A DNA stretch of 64,000 nt from contig OZ076409.1 in NCBI GenBank assembly GCA_964187785.1, positions 94,180,001 to 94,244,000 of the forward strand. The letters run 5' to 3'. Source of the DNA: Amphiscolops sp. MND2022. Taxonomy: Eukaryota. The position numbers were made by a program, and so were the translations under genes. Shown one piece after another: positions 24,585-41,900 of this stretch (its first letter is position 1; every line of letters begins with the position of its first letter). Under the pieces are notes generated by a model that saw only the letters and a list, made by a program, of their open reading frames with translations, made no database searches and was not told the DNA's origin.

Positions 24585-25472
24585 TGGTTGTGCAGATTGG
24601 ATTCTCGTATTCAAATTAATAAGTGCAAATTGGCTTAGCCACGATTACGGAAGAAATGCAAAATGGATTCTCGAGTGTGTGAAACAGCGAGAATCCAAAG
24701 TGCACCCCTGTGGACAGAGTCGATAAGCCAAGGAGCACATCGGAACTATCTGTAGGGAAGCCAATTTGCATTTCCTTTTTCGAGCTTAGTTTGGTTGAAG
24801 TAATGAAAATGATTGTGCAGATTGGATTCCCGAATGCAAACTACGAAATGCAATTTGGCTTAGCCATGATTACGTAAGAAGTGCAAAATGGATTCTCGAG
24901 TGGGTGAAATGGCGAGAATCCAAAATGCACCCCTGTGGATAGAGTCGAGAAGCCAAGGAGCACATCGGGATTATCTGTAGGGAAGCCAATTTGCATTTCC
25001 CTTCTCGAGTTTTGTTGGGTTGAAGTAATGAAAATGATTGTGCGGATTGGATTCCCGAATGCAAACTACGAAATGCAATTTGGCTTAGCGATGATTACCT
25101 AAGAAGTGCAAAATGGATTCTCGAGTCTGCGAAACGGCGAGAATCCAAATTGCACCCCAGCTGAAGGCGTCGAAAAGCCAACGAGCACATCGAGATTGTC
25201 CGTAGAAAGGCCAATTTGCATTCTCTTAATCTGAGCTTAGTTCGTGTTAAGTAATGAAAGTGGCTGTGCAGATTGGCTTCTCGATTGTGCAATCAGCTCT
25301 GCAAATTGGCCTGACCACGGTTACAGACGAAGTGCAAATTGGATTCTCCAGTCTGCGAAACGGCGAGAATTCAAATTGCACCCCAGCGGAAAGCGTCGAA
25401 AAGCCAACGAGCACATCGAGACTGTCCGTAGAAAGGCCAATTTGCATTCTCTTAATCTGAGCTTAGTTCGTG
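24585..25472. repeat. 225-bp tandem repeat x4, rich in TGCA(A/G)(A/T)(A/T)TGG motifs
   Basis: TGTGCRGATTGG near 24590, 24815, 25040, 25265; copies 1-2 and 3-4 are more alike. Confidence 0.9.
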
Positions 25473-25584
25473 TTTAGATTTTCCGTAGAAAACACGAAGA
25501 AGCTTGAGCTAGTGACAAGTGTCAACTGCACCGTTGCAACTCCGCCGGAAAGTTTTTGCAATTTGGCTTGTCGATTCTTTCTTC

Positions 25585-26621
<1,037 letters not shown>

Positions 26622-29600
26622 TACTCCGAGAATCCAAATTGCACCCCTTGATTTCAATCGACAGTCCGATTTGCACAAAACCCCCCTGCAAATTGGCCGT
26701 GCAATTTGGCATCCATGGTTTAAGCATCTTCCCGAAAGAGTTGGAGAAAAATTTTTTACCAAACATCTAAAACGGTCAAAAAACGCTCATTCATGCAATA
26801 AAAGTTGACTTTCGTGACCTCATAGTTAGCGACTCGCCGTCGAGTTCAAAAGGTCGAGGCCAGATTGCACCAACTCTGCGAGATGAAAAAGAAACCAGTT
26901 TGCACACAAGAAAATGTTGTTAAAGAATTGCAAGTTGAAAAAATGTCGGGCTAAAGTGAAAGTTGTGATCAAAAATCACACCATTGAAACTTTGACACCC
27001 ATTATAATGTAATTTTAAAGAGGCTCTCAGTTAGGGGATCACATAGTGTCACCCATAACAAGACCCACACCGAGAACGTGGCCTCTGTAGGGTCTCATTG
27101 AAACAATCAAATTAATTCCCAAAAACAAACAGTCAAACTTCTTTATATTCGAATGGTGTCCATGTCGACATAATGGTATTTGAACCTTCTCTATTATTTC
27201 CCCCTGCCGCAGTTTTGGGGGGGGGGATAAATGACATAGACTCTGAAATTTTTTTGTGTCTAATAATAATAATAATAATAATAATATAAATATATAATAA
27301 TATTAATAATAAGTTAATCGGGGTTAGGGGGGTTTGGTTCTCGGGTTCTTATATAAATATATACATTTTATAAAACAAATTTCATATAAAAATTATTGAT
27401 TATGTATATATAATAACTTACTATTATTAATAAGATATGTTATTATATTTTACCTGGTGATGAATTCACAAGCATGAACAAGCTAAAAACTTTTACATCA
27501 GTTTGTATTTTTTTGAAATTTCCCCCACAAAGGTTCAGGGACTATGTGTTCAATCCCCCCCATCCCCCCAAAAAAAATAATTCCTTTCGAATTAAGCCCC
27601 CATAATATGTTCATTTTGTATTTTTATAAATGTTTTCAGATAATTTTCTAGTTAACTTCTAATGCTCAATTTTGATTGGCTACCGCATCTGCCAATCTGA
27701 AATCAGTTATTTGATTTTATATTTTGTCACATACGTTATTATTTGTACAAAACAATATGTCGACATCGTTTGCGTTGGAAACTTGATCCAATAAAATAAA
27801 ATATTTTGGTGGAAGTCGTTATCTAAAATATTTTTGCCTTGAGTTTCTGCTTTTGAATAAGGAAAATGAAAAACTAAAAATCCTATTTTCAGACAATTTT
27901 TTGAATTTTTTTTGTTAAACTTTATGTGTGAGAACATTATTTGATTCTCCTGTATTATTTGTACAAACCTGTACAAACCCCCTATCTGTATCTTTCCTGT
28001 GTGTGGAGAAATTAACAAAATAATTTCAAAGAAAGTTCAGAAAATAGGAAATTTTCATGTGTTTTCTGAAAAAACATCAATAAAAGTTTTTAAAAGAAAA
28101 TTTCCAGGTTGGGGGGTTCTACTTCCCAGGTGCTGCATTTAATGACGAATCGAATGGTACCAACCCCCCATCTGTATCTTTCCTGTGTGTGGAGAAATTA
28201 ACAAAATAATTTCAAAAAAAGTTCAGAAAATAGGAAACTTACATGTGTTTTCTGAAAAAACATCAATAAAAGTTATTAAAACAAAATTTCCAGGTTGGGG
28301 GGTTCTACTTCCCAGGTGCTGCATTTAATGACGAATCGAATGGTACCAACCCCCTATCTGTATCTTTTCTGTGTGAGGAGAAATTAACAAAATAATTTCA
28401 AAAAAAGTTCAGAAAATAGGATATTTTTATGTGTTTTCTGAAAAACATCAATAAAAGTTTTCAACATCAATAAGCTTAAGTTTTTCAACATCAATCAGCA
28501 GTGAGTGTATGCAGTGGTGGTGACGTCAACCACGTGTTCAGTTCAGCGCCTCACACACACAGAACGTGACGTAATGATCACTAATACACACGTGGCGGCT
28601 GTGTGAGGATTATACATTGAGTAATGGTGAAGTGGGACAAGAGCGGTCTCAGATGCACAATCTCCACGTGGTTCAACCTTGATGACCTCGAGGCACAACT
28701 GCATGAAATACAGTAGTGATTCCATGCAGTTATGCCTCGAGGGTCACCAAGGTTGAACCACGTGGAGATTGTGCATCTGAGACCGCTCTGGTCCCACTTC
28801 TATACGAGTCCGAATATGCCATTAAAAATTGTCTAACCCTCTTAGTTTCCGATTTAATATTTTAATATTTAAAACATACTTTGAACGCTGAAGTTCAGCT
28901 TGTCAATCATTCAATTTGACAACATTGCTTTCACACATTCGAGTGTCACAGAACTTTCACACTTTTTTCACAACTACTTTCTGAAAACTTTTTTAAATTG
29001 TTTCGTTAAATTCTCTACATACAAGAAAGATACAGATGGCGGGTTAGTACCATTCGATTCGTCATTGAATGCAGTACCTGGGAAGTAGACCCCCCAGCCT
29101 GGGAATTTTGTTTTAATAACTTTTTTTGATGTTCTTTCAAAAATAACATGAAAATTTCATTTTTTCTGAATATTTTTTGAAAGTATTTTGTTAAATTCTC
29201 TACATACAAGAAAGATACAGGTGGGGGGTAGGTACCATTCGATTTGCCCTTGAATCCACTACCTTGGAAGTAGACCCCTAGCCTGGGAATTTTGTTTTAA
29301 TAACTTTTTTTGATGTTCTTTCAAAAATAACATGAAAATTTCATATTTTCTGAATATTTTTTGAAAATATTTTGTTAAATTCTCTACATACAAGAAAGAT
29401 ACAGGTGGGGGGTAGGTACCATTCGATTTGCCATTGAATCCACTACCTTGGAAGTAGAACCCCCCAGCCTGGGAATTTTGTTTAATAACTTTTTTTGATG
29501 TTCTTTCAAAAATAACATGAAAATTTCATATTTTCTGAATATTTTTTTAAAGTATTTTGTTAAATTCTCTACATACAAGAAAGATACAGGTGGGGGTAGG

Positions 29601-32600
29601 TACCATTCGATTTGCCATTGAATCCACTACCTGGAAAGTAGAACCCCCCAGCCTGGGAATTTTGTTTTAATAACTTTTTTTGATGTTCTTTCAAAAATAA
29701 CATGAAAATTTCATATTTTCTGAATATTTTTTGAAAGTATTTTGTTAAATTCTCTACATACAAGAAAGTTACAGGTGGGGGGTAGGTACCATTCGAGAAA
29801 CAGATGAATTCGTTTCATGGTTATGAATTAGAAATGAGAAATAATTGATATGCTATAATAAGAATCAAAACACTAACCTGGGGGGTAGCTGCAGCTACCC
29901 CCCAGGTTAGTATTTTAATTCCTATTATTCTTAGTATTTTAAGAATTTTTAATTAGTATTTTTAGTATTTTTATTATTTTAATTCTTATTTAGTATTTCA
30001 GAAATACTAAATACTATTTCCAACTTGGGGAATTGATTTCAAATAAATTTGAATGGTGTCTACCCAAGTTGGAAATATTATTTAGCATTTCTGAAATACG
30101 CACCGAATTTGAAGAACCTGCTGAATTTAAATGAAACTAACAGTACACCTCGTCTAGGAAAGATTTTCTCAAACCATTGGAATTTCCAAATAGCAGAAAT
30201 CCACGTTTGGAACATGCTAAATTTGTATAAAATGGCCCCTATTTCAATGTAAATTTTCTCTGTAATAATTTGTTTCATTTCTTAGAAGCGAAAATGTTTT
30301 CACACATTGAAAGTGAGAAAGAAATGACTGGTATACTAGGTGAACCAAAAAAACGGAACGCACAAATTAGTATATTATTCGTTCACCTAGTATAAAATAC
30401 CAAAATATTATATATAATGCTGTTTTGAACTAGTTTAAAACAGCATTATATATAATATATTGGTATTTTATACTAATATATAAAAGCAACTGTATATTTA
30501 TAAAAGCAGCTGCTTCTTTATTGGTCGAGAGTACCAAAGTTCTTACCTCAGGAAGGAAACTCCCTTTCAAAATACAGTAAAGAATGAAAAAGCCCCTTCA
30601 AAAAATGAATGAGCCCGCCATGGATAAATGAATAATGAGCGTGGTCCATGATTCTTGAAGTAATTCGAGAAAATAGAACAAGAATACTTGATTTCAAACC
30701 AGAATATAATTAATAGCAAGTTGTAGTTGAAAGTAAATGAAGTAGCAGTATGTATGCAGTACACAGTATATGCAGTTAATGTACAGTGAATGTATGCAGT
30801 ACACAGTATATGGCGTCACTTTTCGTTCACGGCTGTACTGCATAAACTATGCGTAATGACGTAATCAAACACAAGCCGTACAGTCAGTGCAGTGTGTGCT
30901 GAACTGAACACGTGGTGTATTACTTGTAGAAGGTGAGTCAGGTTCAACATCGAAGAAGTGGATTCAAGGTGAGTGTGGCTGCAAAGTCTCCCCTGGGTTC
31001 ATCATTTGTTGACCCGCGAAGACAATTGCTCAAATACAGTAGTGATTTGAGCAATTGTCCTTCGCGGGTCAACAAATGATGAACCAAGGGGAGATTGTGC
31101 AGCCGAACTCACCCTGAATCAACTTCTATACGAGTTCAAATATGTCATTAAAAATCTTCTAACTATCTTTGTTTACGATTTAATATTTTCATATTTAAAA
31201 CATATTTATTTGAAGTTTAATATATATTATACTATTTACATTATATCATATATAATATATCATATATATCAAAATCATATAATGCCGTAACAAATATATA
31301 TCAAAATCATATATATCAAAATCATATAAGGCCGTAACAAAACTGTTACGGCCACCAAAGTGGCCACCGATGGAACTGTGGTGGAAAATCGGTGGCCACC
31401 GATGGATTTCCCTGGGTTGCCAACTCGGGTATTTACATAATTTCTATGTTGTCAGATTTATTTTGCTAATTTCTCCACACACAGAAAAGATACAGATGGG
31501 GGGTTGGTACCATTCGATTTGTAATTGAATGCAGTACCTGGAAAATAGAACCCCCCAACCTGGGAATTTTGTTTTGATATATTTTTTTGACGTTTTTTCA
31601 AAAATAACATGAAATTTTCCCTAATTTCTGAAACATTTTTGAAATTATTTTGGTAATTTCTCAACACACAAGAATGATACCGATGGGGGGTTGGTACCAT
31701 TCGATTTGTATATGAATGCAGTACCTGGAAATTAGAACCCCCTAACCTGGGAATTTGCTTTGATATATTTTTATGACGTTTTTTCAAAAATAACATGAAA
31801 TTTTCCTATTTTCTGAAACATTTTTGAAATTATTTTGGTAATTTCTCCACACACAAGAAAGATACCGATGAGGGGTTGGTATCATTCGATTTGTAATTGA
31901 ATGCAGTACCTGGAAAAAAGAACCCCGCAACCTGTGAATTTTGTTTTGATATATTTTTTTGACGTTTTTTCGAAAATAACATGAAATTTTCCTATTTTCT
32001 GAAACATTTTTGAAATTATTTTGGTAATTTCTCAACACACAAGAATGATACCGATGGGGGGTTGGTACCATTCGATTTGTATATGAATGCAGTACCTGGA
32101 AAATAGAACCCCCTAACCTGGGAATTTTGTTTTGATATATTTTTATGACGTTTTTTCAAAAATAACATGAAATTTTCCTATTTTCTGAAACATTTTTGAA
32201 ATTATTTTGGTAGTTTCTCCACACACAAGAAAGATACCGATGGGGGGTTGGTATCATTCGATTTGTAATTGAATGCAGTACCTGGAAAATAGAACCCCGC
32301 AACCTGTGAATTTTGTTTTGATATATTTTTTTGACGTTTTTTCAAAAATAACATGAAATTCTCCTATTTTCTGAAACATTTTTGAAATTATTTTAGTAAT
32401 TTCTCCACACACAAGAAAGATACCGATGGGGGGTTGGTACCATTCGATTTGTAATTGAATGCAGTACCTGGAAAACAGAACCCCCTAACCTGGGAATTTT
32501 GTTTTGATATATTTTTATGACGTTTTTTCAAAAATAACATGAAATTTTCCTATTTTCTGAAACATTTTTGAAATTATTTTGGTAATTTCTCCACACACAA

Positions 32601-34161
32601 GAAAGATACCGATGGGGGGTTGGTACCATTCGATTTGTAATTGAATGCAGTACCTGGAAAATAGAACCCCCCAACCTGGGAATTTTGTTTTGATATATTT
32701 TTTGACTTGTTTTCAAAAATAACATGAAATTTTCCTATTTTCTGAAACATTTTCGAAATTATTTTGGTAATTTCTCCACACACAAGAAAGATACCGATGG
32801 GGGGTTGGTACCGTTTGATTTGTCAATGAAAGCAATCCCGTGACTAACGCCGAAACTGCAATCCCGTGAGTAACGTCGAAAGAGCAATTCCGTGACTAAC
32901 GTCGAAACAGCAATCCCGTGACTAACGCCGAAACAGCAATCCCGTGAGTGACGTCGAAAGAGCAATTCCGTGACTAACGTCGAAACAGCTATTCCGTGAC
33001 CAATGGTTGTGCAGATTGGATTCTCGTATTCAAATTAATAAGTGCAAATTGGCTTAGCCACGATTACGGAAGAAATGCAAAATGGATTCTCGAGTGTGTG
33101 AAACAGCGAGAATCCAAAGTGCACCCCTGTGGACAGAGTCGATAAGCCAAGGAGCACATCGGAACTATCTGTAGGGAAGCCAATTTGCATTTCCTTTTTC
33201 GAGCTTAGTTTGGTTGAAGTAATGAAAATGATTGTGCAGATTGGATTCCCGAATGCAAACTACGAAATGCAATTTGGCTTAGCCATGATTACGTAAGAAG
33301 TGCAAAATGGATTCTCGAGTGGGTGAAATGGCGAGAATCCAAAATGCACCCCTGTGGATAGAGTCGAGAAGCCAAGGAGCACATCGGGATTATCTGTAGG
33401 GAAGCCAATTTGCATTTCCCTTCTCGAGTTTTGTTGGGTTGAAGTAATGAAAATGATTGTGCGGATTGGATTCCCGAATGCAAACTACGAAATGCAATTT
33501 GGCTTAGCGATGATTACCTAAGAAGTGCAAAATGGATTCTCGAGTCTGCGAAACGGCGAGAATCCAAATTGCACCCCAGCTGAAGGCGTCGAAAAGCCAA
33601 CGAGCACATCGAGATTGTCCGTAGAAAGGCCAATTTGCATTCTCTTAATCTGAGCTTAGTTCGTGTTAAGTAATGAAAGTGGCTGTGCAGATTGGCTTCT
33701 CGATTGTGAAATCAGCTCTGCAAATTGGCCTGACCACGGTTACAGACGAAGTGCAAATTGGATTCTCCAGTCTGCGAAACGGCGAGAATTCAAATTGCAC
33801 CCCAGCGGAAAGCGTCGAAAAGCCAACGAGCACATCGAGACTGTCCGTAGAAAGGCCAATTTGCATTCTCTTAATCTGAGCTTAGTTCGTGTTTAGATTT
33901 TCCGTAGAAAACACGAAGAAGCTTGAGCTAGTGACAAGTGTCAACTGCACCGTTGCAACTCCGCCGGAAAGTTTTTGCAATTTGGCTTGTCGATTCTTTC
34001 TTCTTGAAAATGGTCCACTTTTCTTCAAAAATAAACAAAATTAAATGCTGTGCAATTTGGCTTCCACATGTGCAAATTGGCCCCAGTTGTGCAATTTGGC
34101 CTCCGGGCCTGATGCAAAATGGACTCGATATTCCGAGAAAATGATGCAATTTGGCTTCACA
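26622..34161. repeat. Composite unit copy 2 (type B)
   Basis: Same start as copy 1; one fewer 186-bp monomer; ~157 bp longer right end; diagnostic SNPs shared with copy 4. Confidence 0.97.
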
Positions 34162-35957
<1,796 letters not shown>

Positions 35958-38900
35958 TACTCCGAGAATCCAAATTGCACCCCTTGATTTCAATCGACAG
36001 TCCGATTTGCACAAAACCCCCCTGCAAATTGGCCGTGCAATTTGGCATCCATGGTTTAAGCATCTTCCCGAAAGAGTTGGAGAAAAATTTTTTACCAAAC
36101 ATCCAAAACGGTCAAAAAACGCTCATTCATGCAATAAAAGTTGACTTTCGTGACCTCATAGTTAGCGACTCGCCGTCGAGTTCAAAAGGTCGAGGCCAGA
36201 TTGCACCAACTCTGCGAGATGAAAACGAAGCCAGTTTGCACACAAGAAAATGTTGTTAAAGAATTGCAAGTTGAAAAAATGTCGGGCTAAAGTGAAAGTT
36301 GTGATCAAAAATCACAACATTGAAACTTTGACACCCATTATAATGTAATTTTAAAGAGGCTCTCAGTTAGGGGATCACATAGTGTCACCCATAACAAGAC
36401 CCACACCGAGAACGTGGCCTCTGTAGGGTCTCATTGAAACAATCAAATTAATTCCCAAAAACAAACAGTCAAACTTCTTTATATTCGAATGGTGTCCATG
36501 TCGACATAATGGTATTTGAACCTTCTCTATTATTTCCCCCTGCCGCAGTTTTGGGGGGGGGGATAAATGACATACACTCTGAAATTTTTTTGTGTCTAAT
36601 AATAATAATAATAATATAAATATATAATAATATTAATAATAAGTTAATCGGGGTTAGGGGGGTTTGGTTCTCGGGTTCTTATATAAATATATACATTTTA
36701 TAAAACAAATTTCATATAAAAATTATTGATTATGTATATATAATAACTTACTATTATTAATAAGATATGTTATTATATTTTACCTGGTGATGAATTCACA
36801 AGCATGAACAAGCTAAAAACTTTTACATCAGTTTGTATTTTTTTGAAATTTCCCCCACAAAGGTTCAGGGACCATGTGTTCAATCCCCCCCATCCCCCCA
36901 AAAAAATAATTCCTTTCGAATTAAGCCCCCATAATATGTTCATTTTGTATTTTTATAAATGTTTTCAGATAATTTTCTAGTTAACTTCTAATGCTCAATT
37001 TTGATTGGCTACCGCATCTGCCAATCTGAAATCAGTTATTTGATTTTATATTTTGTCACATACGTTATTATTTGTACAAAACAATATGTCGACATCGTTT
37101 GCGTTGGAAACTTGATCCAATAAAATAAAATATTTTGGTGGAAGTCGTTATCTAAAATATTTTTGCCTTGAGTTTCTGCTTTTGAATAAGGAAAATGAAA
37201 AACTAAAAATCCTATTTTCAGACAATTTTTTGAATTTTTTTTGTTAAACTTTATGTGTGAGAACATTATTTGATTCTCCTGTATTATTTGTACAAACCTG
37301 TACAAACCCCCTATCTGTATCTTTCCTGTGTGTGGAGAAATTAACAAAATAATTTCAAAGAAAGTTCAGAAAATAGGAAATTTTCATGTGTTTTCTGAAA
37401 AAACATCAATAAAAGTTTTTAAAAGAAAATTTCCAGGTTGGGGGGTTCTACTTCCCAGGTGCTGCATTTAATGACGAATCGAATGGTACCAACCCCCCAT
37501 CTGTATCTTTCCTGTGTGTGGAGAAATTAACAAAATAATTTCAAAGAAAGTTCAGAAAATAGGAAATTTTTATGTGTTTTCTGAAAAAACATCAATAAAA
37601 GTTATCAAAACAAAATTTCCACGTTGGGGGGTTCTACTTCCCAGGTGCTGCATTCAATGACAAATCGAATGGTACCAACCCCCCATCTGTATCTTTCCTG
37701 TGTGAGGAGAAATTAACAATATAATTTCAAAAAAAGTTCAGAAAATAGGAAACTTACATGTGTTTTCTGAAAAAACGTCAATAAAAGTTATTAAAACAAA
37801 ATTTCCAGGTTGGGGGGTTCTACTTCCCAGGTGCTGCATTTAATGACGAATCGAATGGTACCAACCCCCTATCTGTATCTTTTCTGTGTGAGGAGAAATT
37901 AACAAAATAATTTCAAAAAAAGTTCAGAAAATAGGATATTTTTATGTGTTTTCTGAAAAACATCAATAAAAGTTTTCAACATCAATAAGCTTAAGTTTTT
38001 CAACATCAATCAGCAGTGAGTGTATGCAGTGGTGGTGACGTCAACCACGTGTTCAGTTCAGCGCCTCACACACACAGAACGTGACGTAATGATCACTAAT
38101 ACACACGTGGCGGCTGTGTGAGGATTATACATTGAGTAATGGTGAAGTGGGACAAGAGCGGTCTCAGATGCACAATCTCCACGTGGTTCAACCTTGATGA
38201 CCTCGAGGCACAACTGCATGAAATACAGTAGTGATTCCATGCAGTTATGCCTCGAGGGTCACCAAGGTTGAACCACGTGGAGATTGTGCATCTGAGACCG
38301 CTCTGGTCCCACTTCTATACGAATCCGAATATGCCATTAAAAATTGTCTAACCCTCTTAGTTTCCGATTTAATATTTTAATATTTAAAACATACTTTGAA
38401 CGCTGAAGTTCAGCTTGTCAATCATTCAATTTGACAACATTGCTTTCACACATTCGAGTGTCACAGAACTTTCACACTTTTTTCACAACTACTTTCTGAA
38501 AACTTTTTAAAATTGTTTCGTTAAATTCTCTACATACAAGAAAGATACAGATGGCGGGTTAGTACCATTCGATTCGTCATTGAATGCAGTACCTGAGAAG
38601 TAGACCCCCCAGCCTGGGAATTTTGTTTTAATAACTTTTTTTGATGTTCTTTCAAAAATAACATGAAAATTTCATTTTTTCTGAATATTTTTTGAAAGTA
38701 TTTTGTTAAATTCTCTACATACAAGAAAGATACAGGTGGGGGGTAGGTACCATTCGATTTGCCCTTGAATCCACTACCTTGGAAGTAGACCCCTAGCCTG
38801 GGAATTTTGTTTTAATAACTTTTTTTGATGTTCTTTCAAAAATAACATGAAAATTTCATATTTTCTGAATATTTTTTGAAAATATTTTGTTAAATTCTCT

Positions 38901-41900
38901 ACATACAAGAAAGATACAGGTGGGGGGTAGGTACCATTCGATTTGCCATTGAATCCACTACCTTGGAAGTAGAACCCCCCAGCCTGGGAATTTTGTTTAA
39001 TAACTTTTTTTGATGTTCTTTCAAAAATAACATGAAAATTTCATATTTTCTGAATATTTTTTTAAAGTATTTTGTTAAATTCTCTACATACAAGAAAGAT
39101 ACAGGTGGGGGTAGGTACCATTCGATTTGCCATTGAATCCACTACCTGGAAAGTAGAACCCCCCAGCCTGGGAATTTTGTTTAATAACTTTTTTTGATGT
39201 TCTTTCAAAAATAACATGAAAATTTCATATTTTCTGAATATTTTTTGAAAGTATTTTGTTAAATTCTCTACATACAAGAAAGTTACAGGTGGGGGGTAGG
39301 TACCATTCGAGAAACAGATGAATTCGTTTCATGGTTATGAATTAGAAATGAGAAATAATTGATATGCTATAATAAGAATCAAAACACTAACCTGGGGGGT
39401 AGCTGCAGCTACCCCCCCAGGTTAGTATTTTAATTCCTATTATTCTTAGTATTTTAAGAATTTTTAATTAGTATTTTTAGTATTTTTATTATTTTAATTC
39501 TTATTTAGTATTTCAGAAATACTAAATACTATTTCCAACTTGGGGAATTGATTTCAAATAAATTTGAATGGTGTCTACCCAAGTTGGAAATATTATTTAG
39601 CATTTCTGAAATACGCACCGAATTTGAAGAACCTGCTGAATTTAAATGAAACTAACAGTACACCTCGTCTAGCAAAGATTTTCTCAAACCATTGGAATTT
39701 CCAAATAGCAGAAACCCACGTTTGGAACATGCTAAATTTGTATAAAATGGCCCCTATTTCAATGTAAATTTTCTCTGTAATAATTTGTTTCATTTCTTAG
39801 AAGCGAAAATGTTTTCACACATTGAAAGTGAGAAAGAAATGACTGGTATACTAGGTGAACCAAAAAAAACGGAACGCACAAATTAGTATATTATTCGTTC
39901 ACCTAGTATAAAATACCAAAATATTATATATAATGCTGTTTTGAACTAGTTCAAAACAGCATTATATATAATATATTGGTATTTTATACTAATATATAAA
40001 AGCAACTGTATATTTATAAAAGCAGCTGCTTCTTTATTGGTCGAGAGTACCAAAGTTCTTACCTCAGGAAGGAAACTCCCTTTCAAAATACAGTAAAGAA
40101 TGAAAAAGCCCCTTCAAAAAATGAATGAGCCCGCCATGGATAAATGAATAATGAGCGTGGTCCATGATTCTTGAAGTAATTCGAGAAAATAGAACAAGAA
40201 TACTTGATTTCAAACCAGAATATAATTAATAGCAAGTTGTAGTTGAAAGTAAATGAAGTAGCAGTATGTATGCAGTACACAGTATATGCAGTTAATGTAC
40301 AGTGAATGTATGCAGTACACAGTATATGGCGTCACTTTTCGTTCACGGCTGTACTGCATAAACTATGCGTAATGACGTAATCAAACACAAGCCGTACAGT
40401 CAGTGCAGTGTGTGCTGAACTGAACACGTGGTGTATTACTTGTAGAAGGTGAGTCAGGTTCAACATCGAAGAAGTGGATTCAAGGTGAGTGTGGCTGCAA
40501 AGTCTCCCCTGGGTTCATCATTTGTTGACCCGCGAAGACAATTGCTCAAATACAGTAGTGATTTGAGCAATTGTCCTTCGCGGGTCAACAAATGATGAAC
40601 CAAGGGGAGATTGTGCAGCCGAACTCACCCTGAATCAACTTCTATACGAGTTCAAATATGTCATTAAAAATCTTCTAACTATCTTTGTTTACGATTTAAT
40701 ATTTTCATATTTAAAACATATTTATTTGAAGTTTAATATATATTATACTATTTACATTATATCATATATAATATATCATATATATCAAAATCATATAATG
40801 CCGTAACAAATATATATCAAAATCATATATATCAAAATCATATAAGGCCGTAACAAAACTGTTACGGCCACCAAAGTGGCCACCGATGGAACTGTGGTGG
40901 AAAATCGGTGGCCACCGATGGATTTCCCTGGGTTGCCAACTCGGGTATTTACATAATTTCTATGTTGTCAGATTTATTTTGCTAATTTCTCCACACACAG
41001 AAAAGATACAGATGGGGGGTTGGTACCATTCGATTTGTAATTGAATGCAGTACCTGGAAAATAGAACCCCCCAACCTGGGAATTTTGTTTTGATATATTT
41101 TTTTGACGTTTTTTCAAAAATAACATGAAATTTTCCCTAATTTCTGAAACATTTTTGAAATTATTTTGGTAATTTCTCAACACACAAGAATGATACCGAT
41201 GGGGGGTTGGTACCATTCGATTTGTATATGAATGCAGTACCTGGAAATTAGAACCCCCTAACCTGGAAATTTTGTTTTGATATATTTTTATGACGTTTTT
41301 TCAAAAATAACATGAAATTTTCCTATTTTCTGAAACATTTTTGAAATTATTTTGGTAATTTCTCCACACACAAGAAAGATACCGATGAGGGGTTGGTATC
41401 ATTCGATTTGTAATTGAATGCAGTACCTGGAAAATAGAACCCCGCAACCTGTGAATTTTGTTTTGATATATTTTTTTGACGTTTTTTCAAAAATAACATG
41501 AAATTTTCCTATTTTCTGAAACATTTTTGAAATTATTTTGGTAATTTCTCAACACACAAGAATGATACCGATGGGGGGTTGGTACCATTCGATTTGTATA
41601 TGAATGCAGTACCTGGAAAATAGAACCCCCTAACCTGGGAATTTTGTTTTGATATATTTTTATGACGTTTTTTCAAAAATAACATGAAATTTTCCTATTT
41701 TCTGAAACATTTTTGAAATTATTTTGGTAGTTTCTCCACACACAAGAAAGATACCGATGGGGGGTTGGTATCATTCGATTTGTAATTGAATGCAGTACCT
41801 GGAAAATAGAACCCCGCAACCTGTGAATTTTGTTTTGATATATTTTTTTGACGTTTTTTCAAAAATAACATGAAATTCTCCTATTTTCTGAAACATTTTT

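Larger units (their letters stand above)
18021..25584. repeat. Composite non-coding unit, copy 1 (type A, ~7.56 kb)
   Basis: Starts TACTCCGAGAATCC; near-identical to 35958-43520 and slightly less to 26622-34161 and 44516-52049. Confidence 0.97.

Noticed and set aside
19100..25477. Short ORFs repeated in each unit
   Set aside because: They lie in satellite monomers, shift with homopolymer indels between copies and have no domain signal
18021..25584. SL RNA, 5S, snRNA, tRNA or hammerhead ribozyme genes in the tandem unit
   Set aside because: The leader 37-mer is not found in the unit; no recognisable 5S/U snRNA or CTGATGA..GAAA core by eye; the B-box-like GTTCAATCC near 18943 has no cloverleaf
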